DNA from: a virus
Virus record (IMG/VR): IMGVR_UViG_3300037140_000174
Location: 1 to 64,000 of that record
Strand: one strand, 5' to 3'
Length of the DNA: 64,000 bases
This document shows positions 34,693-44,719 of this stretch, one piece after another. Below the pieces are notes generated by a model. The model did no database searches and had not been told where the DNA came from. It worked only from the letters and a program-made list of their open reading frames with translations. The first letter of the stretch is position 1, and each line of letters starts with the position of its first letter. The translations under genes were made by a program, and so were the position numbers.

Positions 34693-37577
34693 TGGTTTCG
34701 TTGCTCAGATATTATAATGAATTGCGGGAGTGGTCGGTTATCTCAGGCAATGATTTAGACATAGGACGTACTCCGGTTTCAGATACTAATTACACACAGA
34801 CGCTAGACAATATTCAAATTGCCTACACTACTCTGACAGTTTCACGGGTTATTTCCCTACTCCCTGCCAGTAGCTTTGCCCCAGGGCAGCAGATAATAAT
34901 TCGTGATGATTCTGGCTCTGCTTCATCTACTGTAACGATCAGTGCTAAGCCCAATGGTACTGATAAGATAAATGGTAGTAACACTACTCAGATTATGGTC
35001 AATGCTCCGTTTGGGGCAGTGTGGCTGGAATCAAATGGAGTCAGTAGTTGGACTACGGGGAATCTGGTTCAGGCACCCACTCGTGTCAGCTTAGGTATTG
35101 ACTCTAGGACTCCGGTTTCAAATGTAAACTATACGGTACTGGCTACCGATTATAATATTGCTTACATTACTCTGACAGCTTCACGGGTCGTGTCCCTGCC
35201 TGCTGCTAGTAGCTACTCATCTGGTCGACTTCTGGCTATTCGTGATGATTCTGGGTCAGCATCAGCTACCAAGACCATTAGTGCTAAGCCCAATGGCACC
35301 GATGATATTAATGGCAGCAACACTACTCAGGCCATGATTAACTCCCCTTTTGGGGTGGTTATGCTGGAGTCAGATGGAGTCAGTAATTGGACTGTATATC
35401 TGGTTCAGGCACCCACTCGTGTCAGCCTAGGCATTGATTCGCGTACCCCAGTGGCCGATACTAACTATACGGTACTGGCCACTGATTATAATATTGCCTA
35501 TACGTCCTTGACCGCTGCTCGCACGGTGCTTTTGCCTGCTGCTAGCAGTTATTCACCTGGTCGGCTTTTGGTGGTTCGTGATGATTCTGGGCAATCTACG
35601 TCAACTATTACAGTCAGCATCTCTCCTAATTTGAGTGACCTTATTAATGGAGTCAACAGCAGTACAGTTGTTCTTAATAGCCCTTGGGCGATGGCTTTTA
35701 TCGAGTCAGATGGTGTATCTAAATGGACCATCAATCCAGATCTGGATGCCAAGCTGACGCCACACGGCGACACCAATTTCGTAATGGTGGCGGCCGACAC
35801 CACTACCAATATCACCGCGACTTATACCGCGCCGAGGACTGGGACGCTGCCGGCTGCAAACGCGGTAGTGGCCGGTGCCCCATACCTCGTCGGAGATCAA
35901 GCTGGCGGGGTTACCAAAGCCTCCCCGCTTACACTCGCTCGAGCTGGGTCTGATACTGTCAACGGTGGCGTGTCGATCATCGCCATTGACAATCCGAACA
36001 ATGCCGCGATCGGCTTTTCTGACGGGGTCTCGAAGTGGAGCTTCTTCAGCCTCGTTTCGAGGTTCATTCAGCCGTTCACCGGGGCCATCAATCGGACGCT
36101 GGCCTCGATCTTCTCGGATTGGCCGGTTAGGCCACAGGATTTCAGCACCCTAAGCGGCAACCCGGTCGGCACCGGATCGGATGACACGCAGGCAATCCAA
36201 GCCGCTATAAACACGGGAAAGACCGTTTATCTCCCCAAGACCGCCAGCGGCTATCTGTTGAACAGCACGGCTCTGAATTGCACGACGGCGGGGCAACTCA
36301 TCTACGGCGACGGTATCGAGGGCGGGACGATCATCAATGTCGGGACCGGCTTTATCGGTATAGGCGCTGGTGCCCCAACGGCGGGCACGAACGGGGTATT
36401 CAAATTCAATAGCGGCGAGCCTGGCCCGCATATTCGTGGCCTCACAATCACCGGCGCGCAGCCCAACAACGTCACGACCTCCGCCTCATCGAACACCATC
36501 GGCACAGGAAGCAAGACCTTCACCGTCGGCTCTGGTCTCACGTATTTCGTGGCCGGGTACACAGTCTATATCTACGACACCGCCAACCCGGCCAACACGA
36601 TGACCGGGTCGGTCAGCAGCTATTCCGGCACGACGCTGGTCGTCAGCATCTCGTCGGTAACGGGTTCCGGGACCTTCACCACCTGGACCATCCAGTGCGC
36701 GGCGCTGGCCAACCAGAACCAATACCCTCCTGCCGTTTGGTGTGCATATTCAAGCACCACAGCCTCTCAGGCGCGGTTCATTCTTGAGGATATTCTGATC
36801 TACGGGTTCCCGACCGGGATCGACATGCGCGGCAACAATGGTGGGGCCTATCTCAGGAATGTTTGGCTCGGGTGCCTCGGCAACAATATCCTGATTGACG
36901 GCTGTCTGGATGTTGTTCAGATCAATTCCCTTAGAGTATGGCCGTTTGGTTTGAAGAACAATGCTGAGTTGGCCATTTTTTGTGCCGGTGGCACAAACGG
37001 AATCTATGTCTACCGTTGTGACGGCTTGTATATTGATAACGCGACGTTCATTTGCAACGACCAACTGCAAATTGACACCTCAGTGGCGTCTGCCTACAGT
37101 CTTGGCGGCGGAATGTTCGGTGTGGCAGCGGCGACCGAGTTTGACAGTTTCAACGGTATCATCATGAATGATGCTGCCGGCATTGGCGGATCATCATTTT
37201 CGGTGGCTGGCAGTTTTCTATCTATGGGTGGACCGGCCTTCATCAGCACCAATATAGCGGCCGGACACCTGAATATCTCGACTTCCATTTTCAACTGTCA
37301 GTTTGACCAGACCGCACTTGCTTGCGGTGGCGGCTTGCTTAACGCGACCGGCAATACGTTCGTCTGCGGGAACTTCGCTCGCAGCAATACCGTCATCAAC
37401 GTCACCTCCGGAACCGTTATCCTCATCGGGAACACACCGGATGGCCCGACCGTTTCTGGAAATTTCATAACCACAGCGGCAGGATCGCAATTCCATCGAG
37501 TGATTGGTAACGGCAAAAATACTGGATGGACCAACTCTCTTGGGGCAAATACAAACGCCATCTACGCTAATAACTAA
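34692..37577 (+). CDS. Tailspike/receptor-binding protein: four ~112-aa repeats plus a pectate-lyase-like beta-helix
   Basis: Repeated TPV.DTNYT..LP.A......DDSG......PNG.D.ING; DDTQAIQAAIN.GKTVYLP beta-helix entry motif. Confidence 0.85.
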   Translation: MVSLLRYYNELREWSVISGNDLDIGRTPVSDTNYTQTLDNIQIAYTTLTVSRVISLLPASSFAPGQQIIIRDDSGSASSTVTISAKPNGTDKINGSNTTQIMVNAPFGAVWLESNGVSSWTTGNLVQAPTRVSLGIDSRTPVSNVNYTVLATDYNIAYITLTASRVVSLPAASSYSSGRLLAIRDDSGSASATKTISAKPNGTDDINGSNTTQAMINSPFGVVMLESDGVSNWTVYLVQAPTRVSLGIDSRTPVADTNYTVLATDYNIAYTSLTAARTVLLPAASSYSPGRLLVVRDDSGQSTSTITVSISPNLSDLINGVNSSTVVLNSPWAMAFIESDGVSKWTINPDLDAKLTPHGDTNFVMVAADTTTNITATYTAPRTGTLPAANAVVAGAPYLVGDQAGGVTKASPLTLARAGSDTVNGGVSIIAIDNPNNAAIGFSDGVSKWSFFSLVSRFIQPFTGAINRTLASIFSDWPVRPQDFSTLSGNPVGTGSDDTQAIQAAINTGKTVYLPKTASGYLLNSTALNCTTAGQLIYGDGIEGGTIINVGTGFIGIGAGAPTAGTNGVFKFNSGEPGPHIRGLTITGAQPNNVTTSASSNTIGTGSKTFTVGSGLTYFVAGYTVYIYDTANPANTMTGSVSSYSGTTLVVSISSVTGSGTFTTWTIQCAALANQNQYPPAVWCAYSSTTASQARFILEDILIYGFPTGIDMRGNNGGAYLRNVWLGCLGNNILIDGCLDVVQINSLRVWPFGLKNNAELAIFCAGGTNGIYVYRCDGLYIDNATFICNDQLQIDTSVASAYSLGGGMFGVAAATEFDSFNGIIMNDAAGIGGSSFSVAGSFLSMGGPAFISTNIAAGHLNISTSIFNCQFDQTALACGGGLLNATGNTFVCGNFARSNTVINVTSGTVILIGNTPDGPTVSGNFITTAAGSQFHRVIGNGKNTGWTNSLGANTNAIYANN
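34767..36050 (+). repeat. Four tandem domain repeats, 336-bp period between copies 2 and 3
   Basis: atctggttcaggcacccactcgtgtcagc at 35062 and 35398; cgtgatgattctgg and agtgctaagcccaatgg recur. Confidence 0.85.
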
Positions 37578-37624
37578 AGTTGCTATATATTGTAGTCGCA
37601 ACATATCAAAATCAGGAAAAGTAG

Positions 37625-38227
37625 ATGAGTTTCACCAACGGTGTATATACACCCCCATCTGGAGCTGAAAATGCCTTCCCTGGGCAAGTCATTGCTTCAG
37701 CGACGTGGAATGCTATCTTCACCGATATTGCAAACAACGGCCTAACCGTTGTCGGCACATCTGGTGCCAACACCATTAAAGGGAACAATACTAACGCGAC
37801 AGCCACTGTTGCTGATCTGACCGTGCCTCAAGCACAGTCAATGTTGGGGATGAGTATTTTTACGGTAAAGTTAACTGGAGTTAACTTTAATGCTGCAAAT
37901 ACAGATAATCCAATTAGCATAACTTTGCCGAGTGGGTTTACTCGTTACTCTGTGGCTTCATGTGTTTTGTCTGGAGCCAGTGGTTCTTTGAGCACAGCTA
38001 CTTGTGCGATGTATACGAATGCTTCAGCAGGCGGTGTTGTTGTGTTTGGAAGTACTGCAATTACAGTTACTTCGTCTGCTGAGAATACAATCAATAATAC
38101 CCAAATTATCACTCCTTCTGCTTTAATAACTGAGAGTTTTAATGTTGCCACTCTTTATTTTAGGACACTCACAGCAGAAGGTATAGCACAAACCGGAAAT
38201 GTAACTCTTTATATTCGTCCAATATAG
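37625..38227 (+). CDS. Minor tail/fibre protein
   Basis: N-terminus NGVYTPP...PGQVI.SA..N..F.DIA..LT parallels the 33763 gene; Thr/Ser-rich. Confidence 0.7.
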   Translation: MSFTNGVYTPPSGAENAFPGQVIASATWNAIFTDIANNGLTVVGTSGANTIKGNNTNATATVADLTVPQAQSMLGMSIFTVKLTGVNFNAANTDNPISITLPSGFTRYSVASCVLSGASGSLSTATCAMYTNASAGGVVVFGSTAITVTSSAENTINNTQIITPSALITESFNVATLYFRTLTAEGIAQTGNVTLYIRPI

Positions 38228-38236
38228 CTTAAGGAA

Positions 38237-39049
38237 GTGAACATGGTGTTTAAGCCTGTTTGTATCGACTTGTATCAGCACGACGCTGTTGAAGATTTCA
38301 ACAAAGTTAAAGCTCAAGGCATCCCCTTCTTGATCCACAAAGCAAGTGAGGGAATGACTGAAGTTGATAAGCAATATAAAGCCCGACGAACTGAATGGCT
38401 TAAAGGGGATGCTATCAAAGTTACTGACATTGATGGTCAAATTCTTCTTTTGAAGCCTCGTATTGCAGCTTATCACTTTTTTGATGGGGGAGACCCAGTA
38501 GCGGAAGCCAACCACTTCTTAAATACCGCTGATATTCAACCAGGAGAAGATGCAGTAATTGATTGGGAACAAGTTGGGGCTAGTGGTCACCAACCGAATG
38601 CCGAATCAGCAGATATTTTCTGCAAAGTGCTCGAAGCAAAACTTGGGTTCAGCGTTATTGTATATTCTGGGAATGTTGCTAAAGAACAATTGAAAGGAAT
38701 TGATCAAAGGTTCCGTGGCAGGCGCTTGTGGTTGGCGAGCTATGGGAAAACATTCACCGTGCAGCAGAGCTGGGCTCAATCTGGTCCTTGGCTTTGGCAA
38801 GATGATGGAGATAAATACGGCCCTGGTCCCACCAAAATTCCGGGGGTAAACAACTATTGTGATAACTCAACAATCTCTTCTTCAATGACTGTGAAGAAGC
38901 TCTATTCAGATTGGGGTGGGCCGGCTGTTGTTACTACCCCGATAGTTCTGAACGAAGCCAAACTTGTTCCTGATCCTGAAAGCATGATTATCCAAGGATT
39001 GGAAGGAGAATTGAATGAGTTGGGAGGGTGGATTAAAAGCCGCCTATAG
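38237..39049 (+). CDS. Endolysin, GH25 muramidase
   Basis: IDLYQH, KASEG, AYHF, IDWE catalytic pair, IVYS, LWLASY, WLWQ. Confidence 0.9.
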   Translation: MNMVFKPVCIDLYQHDAVEDFNKVKAQGIPFLIHKASEGMTEVDKQYKARRTEWLKGDAIKVTDIDGQILLLKPRIAAYHFFDGGDPVAEANHFLNTADIQPGEDAVIDWEQVGASGHQPNAESADIFCKVLEAKLGFSVIVYSGNVAKEQLKGIDQRFRGRRLWLASYGKTFTVQQSWAQSGPWLWQDDGDKYGPGPTKIPGVNNYCDNSTISSSMTVKKLYSDWGGPAVVTTPIVLNEAKLVPDPESMIIQGLEGELNELGGWIKSRL

Positions 39050-39125
39050 TGTAGGGCTGTGGGGGTTATTCATCTTCACAGTTATGGTTCTTTTGGCCAA
39101 AGTGTGAAACAAAACGGAGTGTGTA

Positions 39126-39308
39126 ATGAAAGGTTATCGAACTTACGTTGTAGGCTTCTTTATGGCAGTGGGGCCGGCTGCGATCACTTACCTGCTTGGC
39201 CTCGATTGGACCAAGTTGATCGGCCCAAATGGAGCACTGCTCGTTGCAGGCATACTTACCATTGCAATGAGATCAATAACCACGACACCCCCTAGACAAG
39301 GATCTTAA
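39126..39308 (+). CDS. Holin candidate
   Basis: MKGYRTY..., two TM segments, RSITTTP; follows the endolysin. Confidence 0.6.
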   Translation: MKGYRTYVVGFFMAVGPAAITYLLGLDWTKLIGPNGALLVAGILTIAMRSITTTPPRQGS

Positions 39309-39311
39309 CCC

Positions 39312-39683
39312 ATGCTGAAAAAGATCGTTGCACTTACCTTGGCACTTTCCCTCGGTGGATGTGCTGGATTCCAAACGTTCCTCACGAATTTGAACACGAA
39401 TGCCAACCAATACAGCCAACTGGTTGGTAAAGATCTGATCCTGGTCGCGAACATTCTTGTTCAGGCCGAATGTGCCCCGGCCACTCAGACTGGTGGGCAG
39501 GTTGTGACAAACATTCTTAAGATTGTTGCCCCTAACTCCAAAGCGGCAGCGAGCGTACAGAATGTACTGGCAACGAATGCTCAGGTAGCTGGCATTTTGT
39601 GCCCGTTTGCTTCGGCTATCCAGGCTAGTGTTGGGACGGTGCCCTCTGGTACGCCTACACAAATCATACCAGCAACTTCGTGA
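39312..39683 (+). CDS. Lipoprotein (spanin-like candidate)
   Basis: MLKKIVALTLALSLGGC lipobox; further Cys pair. Confidence 0.65.
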   Translation: MLKKIVALTLALSLGGCAGFQTFLTNLNTNANQYSQLVGKDLILVANILVQAECAPATQTGGQVVTNILKIVAPNSKAAASVQNVLATNAQVAGILCPFASAIQASVGTVPSGTPTQIIPATS

Positions 39684-39690
39684 GGGTCAA

Positions 39691-39864
39691 ATGGCAACAG
39701 CTAATCAAACCACCACTGTCAAAGCAGCAGTCGTTGCTGTTTTGAATAAGCACTTCGTCTCAAAGCTAGCCGCTTCTTGGCTGTCTGGGGTAGCAGATGA
39801 AATCACTCAGGCTGCTATCAGTGCTTACGAAAACAATGCCTCAACCTCACCAGTCGGAAATTGA
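39691..39864 (+). CDS. Small hypothetical protein
   Basis: GAGGG SD before ATG 39691. Confidence 0.55.
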   Translation: MATANQTTTVKAAVVAVLNKHFVSKLAASWLSGVADEITQAAISAYENNASTSPVGN

Positions 39865-40213
39865 GGAACTCAAAGAACGGATTGCTCAGCTAGAGGCTAC
39901 GCTTTTAGCTGGGCAATCTGATTGGCTTGAATTCGGGCTTAGCACTACAGAGTCACGTTTGTTCGCATCACTCATGAACCTGACTTTACTGCATCGTGGA
40001 TCATTGCAGCTTCTAATGAGGGATACCCATAAGGAAGCAGTAAGTGAAAATGCCGAAACGGTAGCCATGTATCGTATAAGGAAAAAACTTAAGAAATATG
40101 GCATTGAGATAAAATCAAAGACAAGAACTGGCTACTATTTGACCCCACATGACAAAGCGAAAGCGAGAGCCCTTTTCGGAACAAGACATGGAAACATTGC
40201 TAAAGTGGCTTGA
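39836..40213 (+). CDS. OmpR-type winged-helix DNA-binding protein with N-terminal coiled coil
   Basis: GLSTTESRLF..L, V.MYRIRKKLKKYGIEIKSKTRTGYYL. Confidence 0.75.
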   Translation: MPQPHQSEIEELKERIAQLEATLLAGQSDWLEFGLSTTESRLFASLMNLTLLHRGSLQLLMRDTHKEAVSENAETVAMYRIRKKLKKYGIEIKSKTRTGYYLTPHDKAKARALFGTRHGNIAKVA

Positions 40214-40313
40214 TGAGCACGTAACAAAGGATTGGCAGATCGGTCCTGTTCAGTTCGTAGTGTATGTGGCAGCCATTTTGTTCGTCATAACTGAAATAAT
40301 CCGGAGAATCTGA
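40188..40313 (+). CDS. Small single-TM peptide (41 aa)
   Basis: Translated by hand: METLLKWLDEHVTKDWQIGPVQFVVYVAAILFVITEIIRRI. Confidence 0.5.
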   Translation: METLLKWLDEHVTKDWQIGPVQFVVYVAAILFVITEIIRRI

Positions 40314-40315
40314 TC

Positions 40316-40564
40316 ATGCGTGCATTCGTAGCTTTGTTGCTCTTGACGTCCACTGCTTTCGCGCAGGAGCGTTCGGCTCCCCTAAGCTTGGCGCAAGCTA
40401 GGCAGCTATTGTCCGCCGTTGGCGTGAGCGTAGGTAAGGTTTTTGCGGTCGACCCTACCCCCGGTGCCCGTTCAGATCGCTACGCCCTTACCCGCTTAGA
40501 CAGCCACCAAAAGCGCCCCAATGTCTTTCAGCTTGAGATTGAAATAACTCCTCTAGCAAAATAG
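40316..40564 (+). CDS. Small signal-peptide protein
   Basis: GGAG SD; MRAFVALLLLTSTAFA. Confidence 0.55.
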   Translation: MRAFVALLLLTSTAFAQERSAPLSLAQARQLLSAVGVSVGKVFAVDPTPGARSDRYALTRLDSHQKRPNVFQLEIEITPLAK

Positions 40565-40571
40565 GATCAAA

Positions 40572-40832
40572 ATGCCCCTGATCTCAATCATAATCGCACT
40601 TGTCGGCGGTCAATCTATTGGGGCAATAGCGGCAGGGCTTTCCATAGCTGATTGGATTGGTATCGCAGGTACGCTAATCTCAGCCGAACCAACTTTGGTC
40701 AAAGCCTTTTCAGAACTTCACCCGGCTTTTGATATTCTAGCAAAACACCTAGGTAACGGGGCTGAAGCAGCGGGGGGAGCTGCCTACCAATCCCTCGGTC
40801 CACACTATCACGGAGGCCCTAAAAGCCCATAA
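40572..40832 (+). CDS. Small hydrophobic protein
   Basis: AGGA SD; Gly/Ala/Ile-rich. Confidence 0.55.
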   Translation: MPLISIIIALVGGQSIGAIAAGLSIADWIGIAGTLISAEPTLVKAFSELHPAFDILAKHLGNGAEAAGGAAYQSLGPHYHGGPKSP

Positions 40833-40856
40833 CGGCGCAAATGCTAGGGGTTAAAA

Positions 40857-41174
40857 ATGAACGATTTTCTATCTTCTTTATCCCTTGATCCCAGTGCGTT
40901 AGTAGCCGGTGCTTTAGGTGGGGTGGTTGCAATCTTTGCGTTGAGGCAAACGAAACCGTTCGATGCAGTGGGTAGTGTACTCATCGGAGCTATTCTAGGC
41001 AACTATTTATGGGGTCTGACGTTTAAGTGGTTAGCATGGGTGCCTGTAACCCCTTCTCTCGCTCAAGCATTGACGGGGATGGGCGGTATGGGTTTTGCCC
41101 AAGCGATCATAACCCTAATGAAGAATGCACCAGCAATGTTACAGCAGCGAAAGGACACAAACAATGAGCCCTGA
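40857..41174 (+). CDS. Three-TM membrane protein (holin-like)
   Basis: LVAGALGGVV, IGAILGNYL, GMGGMG helices. Confidence 0.6.
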   Translation: MNDFLSSLSLDPSALVAGALGGVVAIFALRQTKPFDAVGSVLIGAILGNYLWGLTFKWLAWVPVTPSLAQALTGMGGMGFAQAIITLMKNAPAMLQQRKDTNNEP

Positions 41175-41517
41175 TCTTGCTGCTCAATTGAGCGGTTCTC
41201 TCCCTTACGTGTTCTCAATTTTGGGGGTAGTGGTTTTCGTACTTAGTTTGATGGTATCTCAGCAAATAGGACTGGATCCTAATCGGATACCCCCTTGGTG
41301 CCACTTGAAGCGAGCTGGGGTCCTCTTGTTAGGAATAATTTGCTTAGCAGATGCTTTTCAGCTAAGCACAGTGCCAACTTGGCACCGATTTTGGGGAATG
41401 CTATCCGTAGTTATGATATTAACTGGATCAGCATTTTCAAGAAGTACAGATGGTAAGATAAGAAGCAAATTCAGAATACGTTCTGAAACCGAAGTAATAA
41501 AGAAAGCGATTTTCTAA
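41164..41517 (+). CDS. Three-TM membrane protein
   Basis: AAGGA SD; three hydrophobic segments and basic tail. Confidence 0.6.
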   Translation: MSPDLAAQLSGSLPYVFSILGVVVFVLSLMVSQQIGLDPNRIPPWCHLKRAGVLLLGIICLADAFQLSTVPTWHRFWGMLSVVMILTGSAFSRSTDGKIRSKFRIRSETEVIKKAIF

Positions 41518-41539
41518 GCTCGGTCTCCTCCCACCAACT

Positions 41540-41571
41540 GCCCTCGTCATTAATTTGACGGGGGCTTTTTT
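41540..41571 (+). terminator. Rho-independent terminator ending the late/lysis transcript
   Basis: GCCCTCGTCA-TTAATT-TGACGGGGC then T7. Confidence 0.85.
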
Positions 41572-41632
41572 ATTCCTGGCGTATTTAGGGGGTGTGCCCT
41601 AGTTTTTTAGGCATGACTAAATGGAGAAAAGC

Positions 41633-42268
41633 ATGAAACTAAAACCTAACCAAAAATGGACTCAAGACGTGGTTGATGAAGTCAGGGCTTGTGCAGCTAG
41701 AACCCTGTCTTCTGGGGAAACTGCAAAATACATTAGCGATAAACTTGGAAAGTATCTTTCACGAAACACTATTATTGGGATTGCTATGCGAGCAAAACCA
41801 GTAATCACTTTTGGTGCTCGTCCGCCTCGTGGTGGTAAGAAACGGCAAAAAGTAATTACGCTAACGGCACCCAAGAAAATTGAACTTAAAAAGGAGACCG
41901 TTAACAACTCTGGTATGAAAGCCATCAACATCAGGCGTAAGCGTGCCAAACTTCTTGAAGAATTACCTGCTGAGATAGTTGTTGCACCGGAGCCTATTGT
42001 TGTTGATGAAGATAAAGCTTGCACAGTATTGGATCTTACATCCAAAAATTGTCATTACCCGATGTGGGGTGAAACCGCAGGACCTTATGTGTTCTGTGGG
42101 TTGCCAACGGCAAAGAAGCCTTACTGTGCTGTTCACAGGCGAATCGCTGGACGTCAATACAATACTTCTAAACGTGACCCATCAGCGTCCTTGACGGCAG
42201 TAATAGTGCCTGAGAAGCCGCCAAAGTCCAAGGACGAATGGTCAACCATGAATACCCGCTTACGCTGA
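41633..42268 (+). CDS. gcrA: GcrA-like cell-cycle regulator
   Basis: WT.......,S..E.A......SRN.IIG...R HTH and LDLT..NCHYP.G....FCG.P....PYC..H; GGAG SD before ATG 41633. Confidence 0.88.
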   Translation: MKLKPNQKWTQDVVDEVRACAARTLSSGETAKYISDKLGKYLSRNTIIGIAMRAKPVITFGARPPRGGKKRQKVITLTAPKKIELKKETVNNSGMKAINIRRKRAKLLEELPAEIVVAPEPIVVDEDKACTVLDLTSKNCHYPMWGETAGPYVFCGLPTAKKPYCAVHRRIAGRQYNTSKRDPSASLTAVIVPEKPPKSKDEWSTMNTRLR

Positions 42269-43740
42269 TCTGAAGCACGTTCGGCTAGCGTTTCAGCTAG
42301 ATCAAGAACGCCTGTTGGGCTTAAATGTGCGCTGGGTTCATCAAAAAATTCTATGGAGTTGATGAGCCCAGCCTTTTCCATGATTAGATTCGCTAACCCC
42401 AAATCACCGGCTAGGCTCAACCGCTGAATCTCACCCCCGGACCAGGCTTCAAACTTAACTGGTTCTGCGTGCCCTGGGGAACGGATCAGGACTACAAAGC
42501 CTTTGGTGATGCCACCCGACTTGTTTTCCCGCTCAATGTCAAATTCTACAGCCCAATCAGTGAGCCCAAGATTGGCTAGATTGTTGTTTACCTCGATTTC
42601 AAGCTGACGAAGTGATTCCTCAACAATAATAAGCCGAATACGCTTGAACCCAGTGACCCAGAAGCTGACAGCTACGTGCTCTTCCTCAACTTTAGTTATC
42701 TGCTGGGCTATAGATTCAATTTTATCTTTTACAGCCTTTAAGCTGGAACGCTTCTCAGCTATCAGTGTTGAGAAGTGATTCTCACGTTTCATCTCTTTTG
42801 AAATTGAAGACTTCAAGTCACTGATTTGGGATTCACGGTCTTGTTCCCAGCGTGTAAGCCTGCGAAGCTTATCCTCAAAATCGGATTTGTTTTGCTGAAT
42901 TGCTTTTAAGTCGGGATTTGGTACTTTCTGATTGCAGGTCGGGCACAAGCCTTTGCCAGCGTGCTTTGCAATCCTAGCCTCTAAGCTAATTAGAACTTTT
43001 TTGACGTCCTTAATCTCTTTTTCTTGGTTATCCTTTATGATTAAGGATAACTGCCGCTCAAGATCCTTGATTGCAGCATTTTGGTTCTCAGTGAAATTGG
43101 CTTCCTTATCCTTAAGGATTGAGATATCGTCCTTGATCGTTTCAATCTGACCCTTATGCTTGGCTAAGATCAGTTGGAATTGTGACTTCTCAGCAGCTAG
43201 TTCCTTTGCTTTGTCATCTGCAAGCTTGCTCTTATCCAGCCAATAATCAAGTTCCAGGATTTCTGAGAACAGGGTCAGCTTATCAGCAGGTTTGAGATCA
43301 AAAAATGAATCCCCGAACTGTGGCAGGATAACTGAATGGACAAAAGCTTCAGGAGTCAGCCTGAGGTACTTTTGTAGCCCGTCCTGCTCAATAGGGCGGT
43401 CACTGGCTGCGTCTGCTTCGAGCGTCAGCCCATTAGGGCTTTGGCTTCGGCGCACCCTGAGCCTTTTGTGGCCTATTGTGAGGGTGACGGTTACGGAACA
43501 GCTTTTGGCCCCCCAAGAAACTACATCACCAGCCTTAAGGCCTCTTAGTGTCCGGCCGTATAGGCACCAAAAAATAGCATCTAACAGTGATGATTTCCCA
43601 CACCCATTGGTTTCTAGCCGTGGGTTATCTTCATTGCGCCCGGTGAGGCTATATAAGCCACTTCGTTTTGGCACTTTAAAGACATGTTCCCCAACATATG
43701 ATCGAAAATTATCCAATATTACTTCATGGATATCAAACAA
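42154..43740 (-). CDS. sbcC: SbcC/Rad50-like ATPase
   Basis: NGCGKS Walker A, CPTC zinc hook, WSGGE signature, FFDEP Walker B. Confidence 0.92.
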   Translation of the reverse strand: MFDIHEVILDNFRSYVGEHVFKVPKRSGLYSLTGRNEDNPRLETNGCGKSSLLDAIFWCLYGRTLRGLKAGDVVSWGAKSCSVTVTLTIGHKRLRVRRSQSPNGLTLEADAASDRPIEQDGLQKYLRLTPEAFVHSVILPQFGDSFFDLKPADKLTLFSEILELDYWLDKSKLADDKAKELAAEKSQFQLILAKHKGQIETIKDDISILKDKEANFTENQNAAIKDLERQLSLIIKDNQEKEIKDVKKVLISLEARIAKHAGKGLCPTCNQKVPNPDLKAIQQNKSDFEDKLRRLTRWEQDRESQISDLKSSISKEMKRENHFSTLIAEKRSSLKAVKDKIESIAQQITKVEEEHVAVSFWVTGFKRIRLIIVEESLRQLEIEVNNNLANLGLTDWAVEFDIERENKSGGITKGFVVLIRSPGHAEPVKFEAWSGGEIQRLSLAGDLGLANLIMEKAGLINSIEFFDEPSAHLSPTGVLDLAETLAERASDQRKRVFMVDHSSLDFGGFSGTITAVKDADGSRLEVLY

Positions 43741-44719
43741 GCAGTTTACTTCCAGCTTTTTTGATGTTATTCGCTACTTTCTCGGCTTTACAGAAGTCAG
43801 TAAACACTTCCTCACGGGTTCGTGAAGTGCCCGGCTCAAGCTTCGTTCGTTCTTTGCGCTTTGAAGGGGCTACTTTCAGATCAACCCCATATACGTCCAC
43901 ACCCATTTCCGCACAAGCTTCTAAAGCACGCCGTTTGTGAGCAGCCCATTCAACGACTTCTTCTCGTGCTAATTCAATCATGACCTTGACTTGATCCCCT
44001 TCACGCAGGTCTTCGTTATCAAGTATCTCATCTGCGTCATGAATTTGCAGCACCCATTTATGAGGCGCTGGAAAGTACAGGTTCTGTTCCTTGCCATTTT
44101 TAATGATCAATACTCTTGGAGAAAAATCATCTCCGAATCTTACATGGTAGGGAGCCCCCACATAAGTTATGCCGCCCACCCGTTGTGGTCGGTGTATGTC
44201 CCCTGCCCAGGCACCTAGGGGTCGTTTTGTCTCAATAGCTGCTGCGCTCAAGCCCGACAAACGGGCTCCTGTTTCAGCAATGGCCCCGTCTAACGCCTGA
44301 TGAAGAACTACTCCTGGAGCTTTATCAGGAATTATGCTGGCAGTCTTATCCAAAGCTTGTTGGTTCGGTTGATGTGGAATCATAGCCATTCCATGCTCTT
44401 TAAGGAATGTGGGCTCAACTACGAACTCAACCCCTTCGATGCAATTCAAGAACTTAAAATAAGGATTGTCTGGGTCGATAAAGTCATGATTACCCTTGAG
44501 GATGTAGATTGGTGGCTTCAGCCCAATCAGTTCGTCAATTATCCTGTTTACTAGCTTTGACGAATGTTTATCCTTTTTCTCCGTAATGTCACCAAGTATA
44601 AAGGTAGCCGTGGTGTTGTATTTCTGTTGCTGCTTCGCGAGCCACTGGAATAGTTCAAATCGGTGCTCATCCCGAGCACGATCGCTTAAATGCAAATCTG
44701 AAGTTATCAGCCAAGTCAC
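43733..44719 (-). CDS. sbcD: SbcD/Mre11-like nuclease
   Basis: SDLH, LGD, GNHD, GDIH metallophosphoesterase motifs. Confidence 0.92.
   Translation of the reverse strand: MTWLITSDLHLSDRARDEHRFELFQWLAKQQQKYNTTATFILGDITEKKDKHSSKLVNRIIDELIGLKPPIYILKGNHDFIDPDNPYFKFLNCIEGVEFVVEPTFLKEHGMAMIPHQPNQQALDKTASIIPDKAPGVVLHQALDGAIAETGARLSGLSAAAIETKRPLGAWAGDIHRPQRVGGITYVGAPYHVRFGDDFSPRVLIIKNGKEQNLYFPAPHKWVLQIHDADEILDNEDLREGDQVKVMIELAREEVVEWAAHKRRALEACAEMGVDVYGVDLKVAPSKRKERTKLEPGTSRTREEVFTDFCKAEKVANNIKKAGSKLLV

Noticed and set aside
34767-36050. Near-identical repeats as a diversity-generating retroelement template/variable pair or CRISPR
   Set aside because: In-frame domain repeats; differences are not adenine-specific; no reverse transcriptase, cas genes or spacer structure in the window
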